Shown here: positions 25,356-38,249 of the stretch, in pieces
Numbering within the stretch: the stretch's first letter is position 1
How the letters are laid out: each line of letters begins with the position of its first letter
From: Camelus ferus
Taxonomy: Eukaryota
Direction of reading: 5' to 3'
NCBI RefSeq assembly: GCF_009834535.1
Contig: NC_045697.1
Coordinates: 18,416,001 to 18,480,000 of the forward strand
DNA length: 64,000 bases
Translations under genes and position numbers: made by a program
Notes under the pieces: model-generated
The model's database searches: none
What the model was told of the DNA's origin: nothing
Seen by the model: only the letters and a program-made list of their open reading frames with translations

Positions 25356-26778
25356 GAGCTTAACATAAGGTCGCAGTTCTCACTTACATGATGGAAGAAG
25401 AGCAGATTTTCCACGAGGACCTAAGCTCCATGAGAGCAGGAAACTACGGTCATTTGACTCATTGCTATAGTCCCAGGGCCTGGCATGAAACAAGGTGCTT
25501 GACTCTTATCTGTTAAGTGAATGGATGAGGAAAAGACTGCGGGAAAGACAGAAACCATCCTGTTCTGACTTCGGGGAAGTGAGAAGCCAAGGAAGGCTTC
25601 GGCTGGGCAGACCTGGACCTTGAGGGGTTTTGGAAGGTGGGGGGAAGGAAGAGGCACCACTTAGCTCAGAGGGGCAGAAGGCACAGGCTGTGTGAGCAGC
25701 GAGGGTGGCCACAGGCAAGGCTCCTTTGCAGAGTCAGGTGCCCCACCGGATCTGAACAGGTTGGCGTGGAAGGTGGCGAGGCAGAGTGGTTGCCTCTGAT
25801 TATGAATTACTCAAATGCCGGCTGAAGTGAGACTTCTCTCTTCTCCCAGCCCTAGGCATCAGGGACTTCCTGAAGAAACAATTTCAAGTGTGGAATGTGG
25901 AGGGCTATGGTGCTGGGCCTCCTCTCCTCCACCCCCTCTGGCTTCACCGTCGATCTTAGTCTTTGCAAAGGCCGGGGCGAGTCTAGAAGTAACTGCTTCT
26001 CAGGCAATTAAACCACTGCCAATTTTACAGGGCTGAATACGTCAGAGGATCGTGTTACCTCCATCCTTGGGCCCAGAGGCCGTTTTCTCATCAAACCTAA
26101 CAGGCTTGTGAGAGGAGCCGACATCTGGTGATAAAGCAGACATGCGGTCTCCCTGCTCCTGTCTCTTTCTGATCACTGATCTTCCAACAGCTTCAACCCT
26201 CGGGGCTGCTGGGGTTCGGGGAGGGGGAAGCGCCCTCCCCTCCAGCACCAGGGAAGCCAGGGGTTCCTTGAACACAGGTCAACACCTTCCATGTCACTTC
26301 AGAAGGACAGGCCCCAAAATTCAAACCGCCCCAGGAGAAGCCGCAGACTGGTTTAAATTAATGCCAAAGTGCAAATGACTAAGCGCAGAGCTTTGGTCCC
26401 TCGAGGGCGGATTATACAGAGCGTGAGAGGAGAGGTGGTGCCTTGAAAGAGAGTGGACGCACAAGCCCGGTTCTCCGCCTACCACCCGAGGGGCTGGAAC
26501 AAGTTCATTAACTGCTCAGCTGTAACTACAGGAGCTCGCTGCCAGGGCCAGACTGAGCGGCCTGCAGCTCCCTCCGTGTGCCAGGCCCCACCCCCGACTC
26601 TGGCCATCTCGCAGGAACCTTGTGGCCTGGAAAGTTCCTCTCCTCTTTTTCCAACCTGACTCCTCATCTTTCTGCCTCCCTGGACGTCTTCTGAGGGTTG
26701 GATGGACAACTCTGTGTTCATAGAGTGAAGTCAAGCTCGGTCTCCCTCCTGCCTCCTGTCCTCCCCGCCCCTCACCCA

Positions 26779-26780
<2 letters not shown>

Positions 26781-26824
<44 letters not shown>
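26781..26824. repeat. (AC)22 microsatellite
   Basis: Perfect dinucleotide run read directly. Confidence 0.95.
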
Positions 26825-26827
<3 letters not shown>

Positions 26828-27875
26828 ACAGGAAGAACCTAGAGGCCAGGGGTCATTTCTTGTCCTCCTCCAGGTGCGCATTAGGAACCAGCAAGTATCT
26901 CTTCAATAATTGAGTTATCTCTGTTAAGGAAAATTTTCCAAAATGTGGAAATAAAGCAAGAAAATGACTACACGTCCTTCCAATCGACTGCTGAGGCCTC
27001 CAGGCTCATCAAGGGTTATTTTTCTCTAGGAGAACCTACCTGCGTTTGACTTTGTTATGATTGAATAGAGGCCAGACGCAGACTGTTACACGTTAACTTG
27101 CTGATTTTGCTTCCGTAAAGATGGAGATGATTTCTTCCTGGTAGAAAAGATAACCTATGACTTTGTTGCCGTGTAGAATATGAACCAGTTTTGTTACCTA
27201 ACCTATGGGTCTTATTCTGACATCCTTTTTCTTTCTTTTCCCCTCTTGCCTGTAAGTACTTCAAATAGTCTTAGTCAGTTTTGACATCCCACTGGTTCCC
27301 TCAATATTTAACAAGTTTTAAGGTTTGACTTGTGTTCATTCTATATTTTATGAGCCATTTTTTAAAAAGAGCCGTGGTTTTAACTTTTTGAAAATCATAT
27401 TTTGACATCTTGTAGGAATTTTGAGAGGCCTAAATAATGCCATTCAGCAACTGTCACGTTTTCTTAAAAGCTAAGTATAGTGCTAAACACTCACTCAATC
27501 CTCATTACAACCTTATAAAGCAGATCTTTATTTCATTGATGAGGACTCTAAGGCTCAGAGAGGCTTAGCAGCTTGGCAAAGCCCTGGACACATAGCGCGT
27601 GCCGGGAACTTCACTTGCCCTCTTGGTTAATCCTTATCACAGGCTCATCCCACAGGGGTCACAATCCCTATCTTGTTGATTAGAAATGGGAGGTTTAGTT
27701 ACTGGTCCGAGGTATCGCTATGCGTGGCCAGGTCAGGGTTAGAAGCCCCACACCTACATATCCCTCAACGCTTTTTTTGACCAAGTGACTTAGCTGCTGG
27801 GAAAGTCCATCACGCACCACATGTTACAGAAAATGTTCATTTCTCTTCCATTGGACAGTTTAGTGGGAAGGAGGT

Positions 27876-28410
27876 GTAGTTGAGATTGGTAGGTAGCCCC
27901 CTAAAATTGCATCCATTTTCATAATAACAGAGCCCCAGATTTTGAGGTGGGCCCTGACCATCCCAAATGAAGATTACATTTCCCAGTCTGATTTGCAGCT
28001 GCATGTGGCCATGTGATGAAACTGTGGCCAATGGGAGATAAGTGAAACTGTCACGTGGCTCTTTTAGGAATTTCCCTTAAAAGATAGTTGAGTATCTTTT
28101 CCCCTGTGCCTTCTTCCACCCACCTACCAGGAATACGGATATGATGTCTGGAGAGCTAGCTGTGATCGTGTTACCACAGGGGTGCTTGTGGCCCCGAGGA
28201 AGTTAAAAGAATGAGCTGGAAGGAACCTGAGTCCCAGGGGCTTGGCCAAGCATCATACCAGCCCTGGACTTCTGGCTTCCCACTTTTATGTGAGGAAGAA
28301 ATAAATAGCTGTCTTACATAAGCCACTGTTTTTGTTTTTGTTGTTTTGTTTGTTTTTTGGGTTTTTTGGATCTCTATTGCTTGCAACCAAAAGTAATCCT
28401 AACTGATACA
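27876..28410 (+). mobile_element. Old MaLR LTR (MLT1H/I/J-like)
   Basis: acatttcccag...ttgcagctgcatgtggccatgtga...tggccaatggga...taagccactg...aatcctaactgataca. Confidence 0.7.
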
Positions 28411-29604
28411 GCACAAAGAACGTGGAGGGGAGCCCCAGAGGCAAAGTTGGCCTTCTACACGGCAGTGCTCAGGGGTGGCCTTGATTCTCAGAGCCAACCA
28501 GAACAGCCCTGGAGAGCTGGGTAGCTGGACCTGTCGGGGAGATCAATGTTGGCTGCCAACCAGCCACCGCTCACCCTGACTTGCGTCCCTGCTCCCTCCT
28601 CCAGGCCAGCCCTGCCTCTGTTTTACAGCATCATCTGGAGCTGCCTGCAAAAAAGATGACTCCACACAGGCCCCCAGCATCTCTCCTCCTCTGGGTGGAC
28701 AGAAATGGCACGTCACCAAAACTGCAGTGAGGACATCTTTGAAGCACTGGGTTCTCGCCTCAGTGACCATGAGGAGGAAACACCTTCTGTTCTGCTCCTC
28801 GGGGCTCTGCCCCCTCAACAGTGCAAGAATAAAACACGTCCATCTCTTCAACAGAGACCAGCAAGGCAGAGCCCAGAGCCTCTTAACTTGCTAGAAATGT
28901 ACAGCTCAGCTTTGCCCCCTCCTGGGCCTCTGGAGGAGGAGGAGAGGGTCGGACTCCCTTGCAGATGCCAAGGGGGCTGGGGAGGCTTCGGGGCGGCGTT
29001 CTTTGCTGGCAGCTGTGAGACTCCCAGAAGGAAAGAACCAGCAGAGGTGGTGTTTTCTGCCAGGATGGCATCGGCCTCCCCTGCCCGGGGCCCACACCCA
29101 GATCCCAGGTCCTGGCTTGGCCACCCACTTGGCCATGTGATTTTGGACACAAGGTGCACATGCCTCAGTTCCCCATTTGTAAAACAAAAATTAGGATGGT
29201 TCCTGTCTCCAAAGGCAGCTCTGAAGACTAAATGAGATATTCCCAGTAAACTTTTAGACATCTGGCACATAGTAAGTGCTCAATAAAAGCTGCTTGTCAT
29301 TACTTTTGGAGAAAAATAATGACACAAGGTAACAGTGCTCTTCCCACATGCCAGGCACTGTTCCAAGCACCCTACCTTTTTATGCTCACAACTTTAGGAG
29401 GACACTACAATCACACACTCCCCCCATTTTATTGATCAGGAGACTGAAGCTCATTTGGGGCACAAAACCTAACTGCAGCTCCACTGTCTATACCCTTGAA
29501 AAAGGAGGGAGGAAGGAATCCTGATTCCTCACCAATTGTCGGCCTCTTATTTCCACAGCACCCCTGGGTCCTTCCACCACAGGTTTTAAAATGCTGCTGT
29601 CTGG

Positions 29605-30200
29605 CACTGTTTACAAGAGCCAAGATGTGGAACCAACCTAAATGACCATCGCCAGATGATTGGATAAAGATGTGGTATATATATATATACACACACATAC
29701 ATATACATACAATGGAATACTACTCAGCTGTAAAAAAGAATAAATGCCATTTGCAGCAACATGAATGGACCAGGAAACCATCATTCTAAGTGAAGTAAGC
29801 CAGAAAGAGAAAGAAAAATACCATATGATATCACTCATATGTGGAATCTAAAAAAAAATGACACAAATGAACTATTTTTTAAAAAAGAAACAGACTCACA
29901 GATATAGAAAACAAACTTATAATTACCAGGAAGGGAAGTTGGGGGTGCAGGGATAAATTGGGAGTTCAGGATTTGTAGATACTAACTACTACACATAAAA
30001 TAGATAAACAACAAGGTTCAACTGTATAGCACAAGATATTCAATATCTTGTAGTAACCTATAATGAAAAAGAATATGAAAAGGAATATATATGAATAACT
30101 GAAACACTGTGCTGTACACTGGAAATTAACACAACATTGTAAACCAACTATACTTCAATTAAAAAAATGTTTTAATATAAAATTTTTTTTTAAATTGAGG
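29605..30200 (+). mobile_element. 5'-truncated young L1 with TSD
   Basis: ORF2 tail and 3'UTR (atggaatactactcagc...gccatttgcagcaacat); TSD aaaatgctgctgtctgg (29588-29604) / aaaactgctgctgcctgg (30201-30218) at a tttt/aaaa endonuclease site. Confidence 0.9.
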
Positions 30201-30711
30201 AAAACTGCTGCTGCCTGGGCTTGCCTCGCTCTCCCCAGGTCCACCTCAGCCGGCCCTGGGGCCCCTTCCCCGCCCCTGTGGGACCCCCAGTTCTCTTGTG
30301 CAGTGCAGTCCCCCACTGTTGTTTTCGCTCTGGTTCCTGTGGTGAGGAGTTACTTCTTCCACGGCTCCCTTTTCTCTCTGCTCATCAGGCAGTGAGGCCG
30401 CCTTCTCCATGGAGACAGAACACCTGCTTCACCCCTGGTTGTGTGGCACCCACGCCCGGGCTTGCCTGGCACCTGCGACCTGGAGCCACTACTGACAGTG
30501 CCATGGGGTCTGAGCAGAATGAAAAGAAGGAGACCCCTTCAGATGTGGCATCTCTCTGACCCCTGTGTGCACAGGCCCTTTCTCGAGGGAGCCAAGCTGG
30601 CACGTGGGGACCTTGCTGCCTGCCCCGCCCTCCTCAAAGCATCTGACCTTCAGCATCTCATTTAATCCTCCCAATCTCCCACCCAGATGAAGACAGGGTA
30701 TCTTCATTTTC

Positions 30712-31085
30712 CTCTGCTCAGCCTGCCGGGACGAAGTACCATGGACTGGTATATAAACAACAGAAGCTTATATCCTCTCAGGCCAGGAGGCTGGAAGTCC
30801 AGATCTAGGTGTCCTGGGGTGGATTTCCGCTGCAGTCTCTCTCCATAGTTCGTAGAAGGTCACCTTCAGGTCGTACCGTCACATCGTCTTCCCTCTGTGT
30901 GTGTCCCAGTCTCCCCTTCTTATAAGGATGCCAGTTACATTGCATGAGAGTCCACACTAATGACCACATTTTACCTTAATTACCTCTTTAAAGACCCTGT
31001 CTCCAAATACAATCACATTCTGATGTCCTGGGGGTTAGGACTTAAATGGATTGTTTGGACTTAAATCAATTTGATACCCACAACA
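30712..31085 (-). mobile_element. MaLR LTR (MLT1A/B-like)
   Basis: aaacaacagaag...ggaggctggaagtccagatc...ttaattacctctttaaagaccctgtctccaaatacaatcacattctg. Confidence 0.8.
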
Positions 31086-34000
31086 GGGTAAGCGCTATTA
31101 TTATCCCATTTTTTAGTCGAGGAAACTGAGGCCCAGAGAGAGTGAGTAATTCACCCAGGTCCACAGCTAACAGAGGACGGAATCTGAGCCATGACACGCT
31201 GACTCTGCAGCCTCACGTGGAAACACTGCCCAGACGCTGCTCCAGCCCGCAGAGGCAGGTCTTGGACCATCAGCCTTTTTCTGAAGCGGAGACATCAGGA
31301 CAGAGAGGCGCAACGTCTTGCCCCACGCCGCTGACAGGTGGCAGTGTGAGAACTCCAAACTGGGTGTGCTGGCTCCGAGCCCAACTTCTTTAAACTACCC
31401 TGCCCTCACCTCCCTAAATATGCGCCCTCCTTAAGAAACCAGCATAGGAATTGGTCCCAAGAAGGTAGGGAAGGGTTTGGGAATAAAAAGCAATTTTGAC
31501 TTTGGCATTCCAGGGAGATTAATGAAAATATGGTTTCCTCTAGTGCCTTGACACATGGCCTCTATGCATGGCCCTGGGGTTCAGAGTTGCCCCAGGCCAA
31601 GCTGAGAGGAAGGCAGCGGAGCTCGCCACCCAATCCTGGCCACCTGCAGCCCCTCCCCTTGCAACAGCAATAGCTCCCCTAATAATACTAGTACTTTCTG
31701 GGCGACTATAGTGTGTTACACATTTTTAGTATTTTTATGCCTTGATTTATTTGCTCCTCTCAATAACTCTTTTGGGCAGGGGGTGGCATTATTATCGTTT
31801 CTATTTTATACGTGAGGGAGGCAAGGCACAGCCATTGGCCAAGAGTCCCTGGGAGTAATTGATGGGGGTTGGATGTAAACCCAAGTAGCTGCAGGCCAGC
31901 CTGCAGCTCTGGTCCGCTCCTTGCCACTGTGGTGTGGACAGTTGACAAGGAGCTAATGGGTTCACTCTCCTTCACTCATTCATCTGTTCATCCATTCTCC
32001 TACTCTGCTGGCTCTGACCCCAGCCCAGCACCAGGTTCCTCCCTCTAGGGCCTCCAGGCTTGGAGGGCAGGAGACCCCTTAAGTGGATGGCACGGACCCT
32101 ATACAACAGGAGTGTGTCTATGGTGCTAACTGGGGAATTCACAGTCGGAGGAAGTCAAGGAAGGCTGGTGAGGTGCAGTGACACATACACTGGGTTTTGA
32201 AGGGTAGGTAGGAGTTCGCAGGGCAGAAACAGGGATGTTGCCACAAGAGTTCTATGGCTGGTGTGCTTTAGTTGGGGGTAGGGCAGGGGAGGAGGACAAC
32301 CTGGAGGTGGAGCTTCTAGGGCTCCATGCCAAGGAGGGGGTTTCGTCCCAAAGGTCGGAGCGTTTTAAGGCCGCGATGGGACTTGAAGCAACGTGATCTT
32401 CAAGCTCAGCAGTAGCTTCCCATCCTACTCCGACTAAAATCCCAAGTCCCCACTGGGGTGTAGAAAGCGTTAGGTGATGTGTTCTCCCAGCCGGGCTCCT
32501 ACTTCCAGCCTCATTGCCCACCCCTCTGCGCCTCTCCGTCAGCCTCCAGCTCTCCCTGCCTTCCTGCTCCTCCCCGAACAGGCCGAGCCAGTGACCTCGA
32601 CCCCGGCCCTGCAGCTCCCTCTGCCTGGAACACTCCTCCCTCCAGCGCAGTTCTGTTTAATTGGCTAATTACTTCCAGCCGAGCTTTCGCCTGGCTCTCA
32701 ATAAATACTTGTTAAATGGATGAATGCGCTCTACTTCACTGTAGTCTGATTCATTGAAAGGAAGTACGCAGACAGCTCTCAGCCGTCCACTTGTGCTGAA
32801 TAATTAACCAGGACACACCGTCCCCCTTCGGGGCTACCCTCACCGCCCTGTTAACTCTGGGCTGTTCCCGGGTTGCCAGCCCAACCTCCAGAGCCAATCT
32901 GGGCTGCCAGCAAAGCCAGGCTGCTTAGCAACTGAGCTGCTCCTCAGCCCGGGGCTGCATCTAACAGCCCGGCTGCCACAAACCCTTCTCGTCTCAGCCG
33001 CAGAAAAGAAGCCATGAAATTGCCTGAATTGAGGAGCTGACAAGAAAGTAAAAGAGGCCTGTTAAAATCCAACCGAAACTGAAAGACAAAAGGCAATTCC
33101 TTCCAGCGCCTTTGGCACGAGCCTGCTGCTGGAAAAGGGGAGAGGGAAGTCTCTCCCACTTCTGACCTCCCTACACCTCCCTTTGCCTGGGAGGAGGGTC
33201 TTGGGAGCTGCTGGGTGACCTTGGCCTTGGGTCAAAACAAAATCACTGTCCAGGTTATTAGGGAAAGATGTTTCTGACAAATTTTGGATGGTCATAATAG
33301 CAATAAAGTCTTTAATGGAAAAGACCCCCTGACCTGAATCCTATTTCTCCCCGTGGAAGCAGAATGTCAAAATAAGTTGTTTTGTTATTTATGACTCATT
33401 CATGTCCACCCTGGGAGCTTGCTTCTTGTCGTTCTTCCCTGTCTATTTCGGAGCAACACCACCACCAAAAAACAACAGTGGGTTCCCAAATCTGGCACCC
33501 TAGCTCAGTGCTCAAATTTATTTCCCATGTTATTATTATTCTTTCCTGTTGAATGGCAACATTAGCTGATTATAAAAAAAAATCAAGGCCCTTTTCCAGA
33601 AGTTGTAGCTGAAAATTCATTTTTCGAGATTGGATCTGATTGCAGAGTGTCTTAACAAACAGGGGGTGGAAAAGCTAAACCATTTACGCCTGGAATCCTG
33701 GTGAAGAAATTAGGGTTTAATGAACCCTGAAACAGCTACCATCTTCCCCTGTCTAAGGAGAAAAGAAAATGTGATTCTAAATTTTAAATGTGAACCAACA
33801 ACTGGTTTTGAAATTGTTATTTAGAGATAGTGGCGGTGGGGAACTCTGAAAAGCAGATGTCTTCACACTTCAGGGGAGAGATTTTTCTCTTGGGAAAAGC
33901 TCAGGTAGCCCCTGTGAGAGGCTAAGGATAAAATCTGGATGCCAAGTTTCCTGTGATTCTGTGCATGTGGATGGTGGGTTTTAAATGCGCAGAACGTCCA

Positions 34001-34220
34001 ATTTGCCAGGAGCTCCTTGAGGCTTAGGTAATTGTCTGGCAGTCTTTGCAGGCTCTACTTTCAGTGGGCTCAGGAGGAAGACTGCAAGGCACAGTGATTT
34101 CCCAATATTTGCAAATTGGCAAGCTGCGAAGTTTTTGAAAAGGCAGGTGGGGATTGGAGAGCCCAGAGCGGTGGGTTGAAATCCCAGCTCGGAGGCGCGC
34201 GCTTGAGCGGGTTCTCCATT

Positions 34221-34240
34221 TGGGCACCAGATGGCGCCAG
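34221..34240 (+). promoter_or_regulatory. CTCF motif (forward) in a CpG-retaining patch
   Basis: tgggCACCAGATGGCGCcag against the core CCASYAGRKGGCRS; neighbouring CpGs (ggcgcgcgc, agcgcgtcgg). Confidence 0.6.
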
Positions 34241-34881
34241 CAGCCTTCCCGGGCTGAACCGCCTCCCCCAGCGCGTCGGGGTCAGAAAGAGAAGGCTCCC
34301 TGTTCTCAGCAAAAGGTCCACGAAGAAGTGGCTGTGAATACAAGCCCGGAATGGCTTTCCCTGGCTTGGGGACGTGGGTGTGTAAGGTCATCAGTGAATG
34401 TGTAGAGTCCTGCATGGCAGCACGTGGGCTGGTCAGAAGGTTAAGAACCACTGCTTTGCACTGTCATACATCACTTTCCAGCTGTTTCTTTAGAGGAGGG
34501 GTGGATTCCCTCATTGAACCTCTTTTATCTTGCCTTTATCTCCTCAGCAGCGCAGCCTACCTCCACCAGCTACCAGAGATCGTCCCTAAAAGATGTTACT
34601 CCTCTGTTTTGCCAGAAACTGCTTGTTGTCCACTAACATTAATTTTTCCTTCTTCCCCACTTGATTAGAGGGCTCTGAGCAGCCAGAGATCACTCAGTAC
34701 ATGGGAGTCACCACCCACAGGATGGGGAGAGATGCTGAGAGGCTCAGACAAGGAAGTTTGCCTCCCTCCCAGTTTTGTGCATCATATCCATGGTGCGAAT
34801 GCTGTGTCTGAAGTCAAACATTATTCTCCCAAACTTGGGAGGTGTCTCTGTGTACAAAGGGACATAAAGCGTTGGTTGTTT

Positions 34882-35003
34882 GAGGAATATTACTCAGCCA
34901 TAAAAAGTAATAAAATAATGCCATTTGCAGCAACATGGATGGACCTAGAGATTATCATAGTAAATGAAGTAAGTCAGACAGAGAAGAACAAATTTCATAT
35001 GAT
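34882..35003 (+). mobile_element. Short L1 ORF2-end fragment
   Basis: Translates EYYSAIKSNKIMPFAATWMDLEIIIVNEVSQTEK, the L1 ORF2 C-terminus. Confidence 0.9.
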
Positions 35004-35867
35004 TATACAGTTAAGCAGTTACAAACACCATTGCAAACATATCAGATGGTCACCGATGACAAGAGGGTCCTGCTCAGTTACAATCTCCTCCATCTGACTC
35101 TTCCTGATAATATAGTGAGAGACAGAGAGATAGTATTTTTCTGTCCCTTGGAATTGATCCCAAGGAAGGCTCTGGATTTGTCCTGCTTGGGTCTTAAGTC
35201 ACTTCTCCACCACTCACCCTTGTCAGGGGGAGAGGAAGCTCTGGCCAGGCCTGGGTCATGGGATCTGTTAGCAGGAGAAAGGAAATGGGGAAGCTTGTTG
35301 AACAGAGAAAGAAGAACCATAAAACCCATATTACACTGCAGGGTGATTCCCTTCCCTGCTTCTCCCACCCCCACAGACCTGACCCAGCTCTGATGCCCAG
35401 AACCCTGATGGCAGCCATCAGGGCCAGCATCACATGGGGAGCAGTGTTTTCCTGGAGAGCCCTGGACAGTGGTGAGATGTCTCAGAGCTGAAACATACAA
35501 GTGAGCCTATGCTTGAACTTATGTGAGACAGCACCGTGGGGACCCCTGGCCACAACCACGGGGAACTCTGGGTGGAGCTGAACCTCTGTGTGGGTATCGT
35601 ATTCAGGGCATTAATATCACTGGATGTCACTTTTTACCACAAACTCATCAGACCTAGGACCCCTAGGTGATTGTACAGGTGAATGATCTCTTATAATGGG
35701 CCATCTACATTTTTTCCAAACCCTTTACCAGAATAAATAATTCTGCAGTTAGTTTCCTTGTCATTAGATCTTCACACACACTCTGACTTACTGCCATTTG
35801 TGAAAGTTGAATGTGAGAATAGACAGTGAACAAGCTGGGGCCAAGGAAGCCTCTGGGTGACAAAGCA

Positions 35868-36400
35868 TGGCTTAGCCAGCACTCTTTGGGTTGCAAGCAA
35901 CAGAAACACAAGTCAAGCCAATTTCAGCAAAAGGAATATTTATGGACTCCAGAAACTGGGAGTTCCTGGAGTGGAGCTGGTTTCAGGCATGACTGGACTC
36001 AGTACTATTCTCCCTGCATTTCTCTTTGACCATTTCTCAGCTACGCTTTCCTTGGGATGGGGGCTCATACCTCTTCCTTCACGTGGCTTTGTGGGGTTTC
36101 TGAGGGGAGAGGATCAGTATGATCACAGATGGGTTCAGGTTTATATCATCCAATCTCAGTAAAAACTAGGCTCCTCTCTCCCAATGCCAGACATCAAATC
36201 CCAAGAGCCTGACTGATCTTACTAGGATGTCATTCCTGCTTCAGGACCCATTACTATAGCCCAGGGGTACCACTATTTGGTAAGTGGGTCCCGTGATCAG
36301 TAGCCCCAAAGGACACATGTGGGATCAAGGAGGCTCAGTTGCCAAAGGATAGAGGAGAACAGTTACCAGAGTAAGTGGGTAAAGGCTGCTGGCAGTTGGA
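35868..36400 (-). mobile_element. Old MaLR LTR (MLT1K/L-like)
   Basis: actctttgggttgcaagcaacagaaac...ttcaggcatgactggactcag. Confidence 0.55.
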
Positions 36401-36819
36401 AAGAAATCACGGACAAAAGCTGAGTCCTGTAGGCTGCCCAGAAATGTGTCCTGCTGCAAGGGGTTCAGGGCTGGGATAAACAGGAAGTTCTTTCCCTAAA
36501 AACAGAAATGAAACTCACTTCTGTGCGTCATGGCTCAAGGGTAAACCACACTAAGAGGTGTCACCCCCAGGGGGTTGTTTGTAGGGGCATGTTTTGCCTT
36601 GTGGTCAGTGTAGATTCAGTGAAGGACCCATCTTTTTTGAAAGATGGTACACTTTTGATGAGATCATCATCCCCATCCCCACCCCCTACTCCAAACCATT
36701 CCATGGCTTCTGATTTCCTTCCTGCAAAGCCTGCCTCTTAACTCCACTCTAATGGGCAATGGCACCATGAGACCTAGGAAAGGCCTTGAGCTTTAGGGCA
36801 GGCAGGCCAGCTTGGACAG

Positions 36820-37320
36820 CTTCCAGCTGTGTGACCCGAGGACAAGTTACTTTGAATTTCTTATAGGGAGAGTTGGTAGTGTGTGGTGTCATGCTAGGGT
36901 CCTGGCTCCTGGCTCCTGATGTTACCCAATCTCCATTTCTCAGCCACGTGCCCTTAAGCATATGACTTAACTTCTCTGTGCCTCAATTTCCTCATCCATG
37001 AAATGGGGATAATGATAAAAGTTACTTCACAAGCTTGTTCAGTGGACTAACTGAGACAATGCATGTCAGTTGCTGAGAACAGTGTGTGGCACACAGCCAG
37101 CACTCAATAAATGTGAGCTGTTGTTGCTGTTGCTGTTAGCTTTGAATTCTCAGTACCTATCAGAGTACCTGGCTCAGAAGGAAATCTCTGTTTAATGAAC
37201 CAATGGACTTAAAGCTTCATAACCTCATTTTCCTAATTTATTAAATGAGAACACTACCCATCTAACAGGTTCTTGCAATGTTTAAATGAGATAATGTGTG
37301 TAAAGCTTCCAGCACAGTGA
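36820..37320 (+). mobile_element. MIR copies
   Basis: gacttaacttctctgtgcctcaatttcctcatccatgaaatggggataat...gcactcaataaatg. Confidence 0.8.
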
Positions 37321-38249
37321 TGGGCAATTTTTATTGGCTCCTCTTCATTCTCTTCCTTCCCCTGCCCCTGGCATTCAACGACCTCCATCATTTTATGGTT
37401 TAAGTCTCTTTGGACTGCAAAATGCTGAGACCCAACTTAAACTGGCTTGTACTAGTAAAGAAGTCCTGGCCCAAGAAAGAGGAAAGTCCAAAGTAAAGCT
37501 GAATCCAGGGGCTCAAATTCAGGGGCTCAGGTGACAGCAGCTTGGCCTCCTTGGAGCTGTTTTTTACCCCCTTCAATGTTGACTTTACCTCAGGCAGATT
37601 TTCTTTATCTGGTGGTCTTCAGCAGCTCCAGATCCTCACCAGGTCTCCTAACCTCAGTGTTCTCATCTGTAAAATGAGAATACTTAATAATAGATAATAA
37701 TAATTAACATCTCTATTAATATATGTAAAGTGCTTAGAACACTCCCCAGCACACAGTGAGCTTTCAATACATATTATTCCACTGCCACTATTATCATTTA
37801 GCAGTTCTAGAGGAAAAGGAGCTTCTCCTTCCACCTCTAGAAAACTCGAAGGATTGAGTCTCTTTGGGTCCCCTACTTTGAAGCAACCACCATGAGCAAA
37901 GCATAGAATAATCTGATTGTTTAGACCTGAGTTATGTACCCAGGCCTGGAGCTGGAGATACTCTTGAAGTCAGCCTCGCTCTCATGTGGCTAAGAATTGG
38001 GGAAGTTGGTCCCCCAGGAAAAGTCAAGGTACTATTAACAGAAGGAGAAAGCAGACCCTGAGCAGGGAGGAACAGCAGGCTTTCCAGTGGTTAACCCCTT
38101 GTCCCCTGAGTTGGAACAGATGACCGTCTTCCATTCCTGCCCCCAATTGTCTGTCGAAATATTGAATACCTGAACCTTGGGCATATGACTTACCCTCTCA
38201 AAGCCTCAGTTTTGCTACTTATAGAAAGAAATGAGATACTATTTTTTTT

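Noticed and set aside
9929..26365. Identical 14-mer tttaaattaatgcc at 9929 and 26352
   Set aside because: Several shared 14-mers are expected by chance in 64 kb, especially AT-rich ones.
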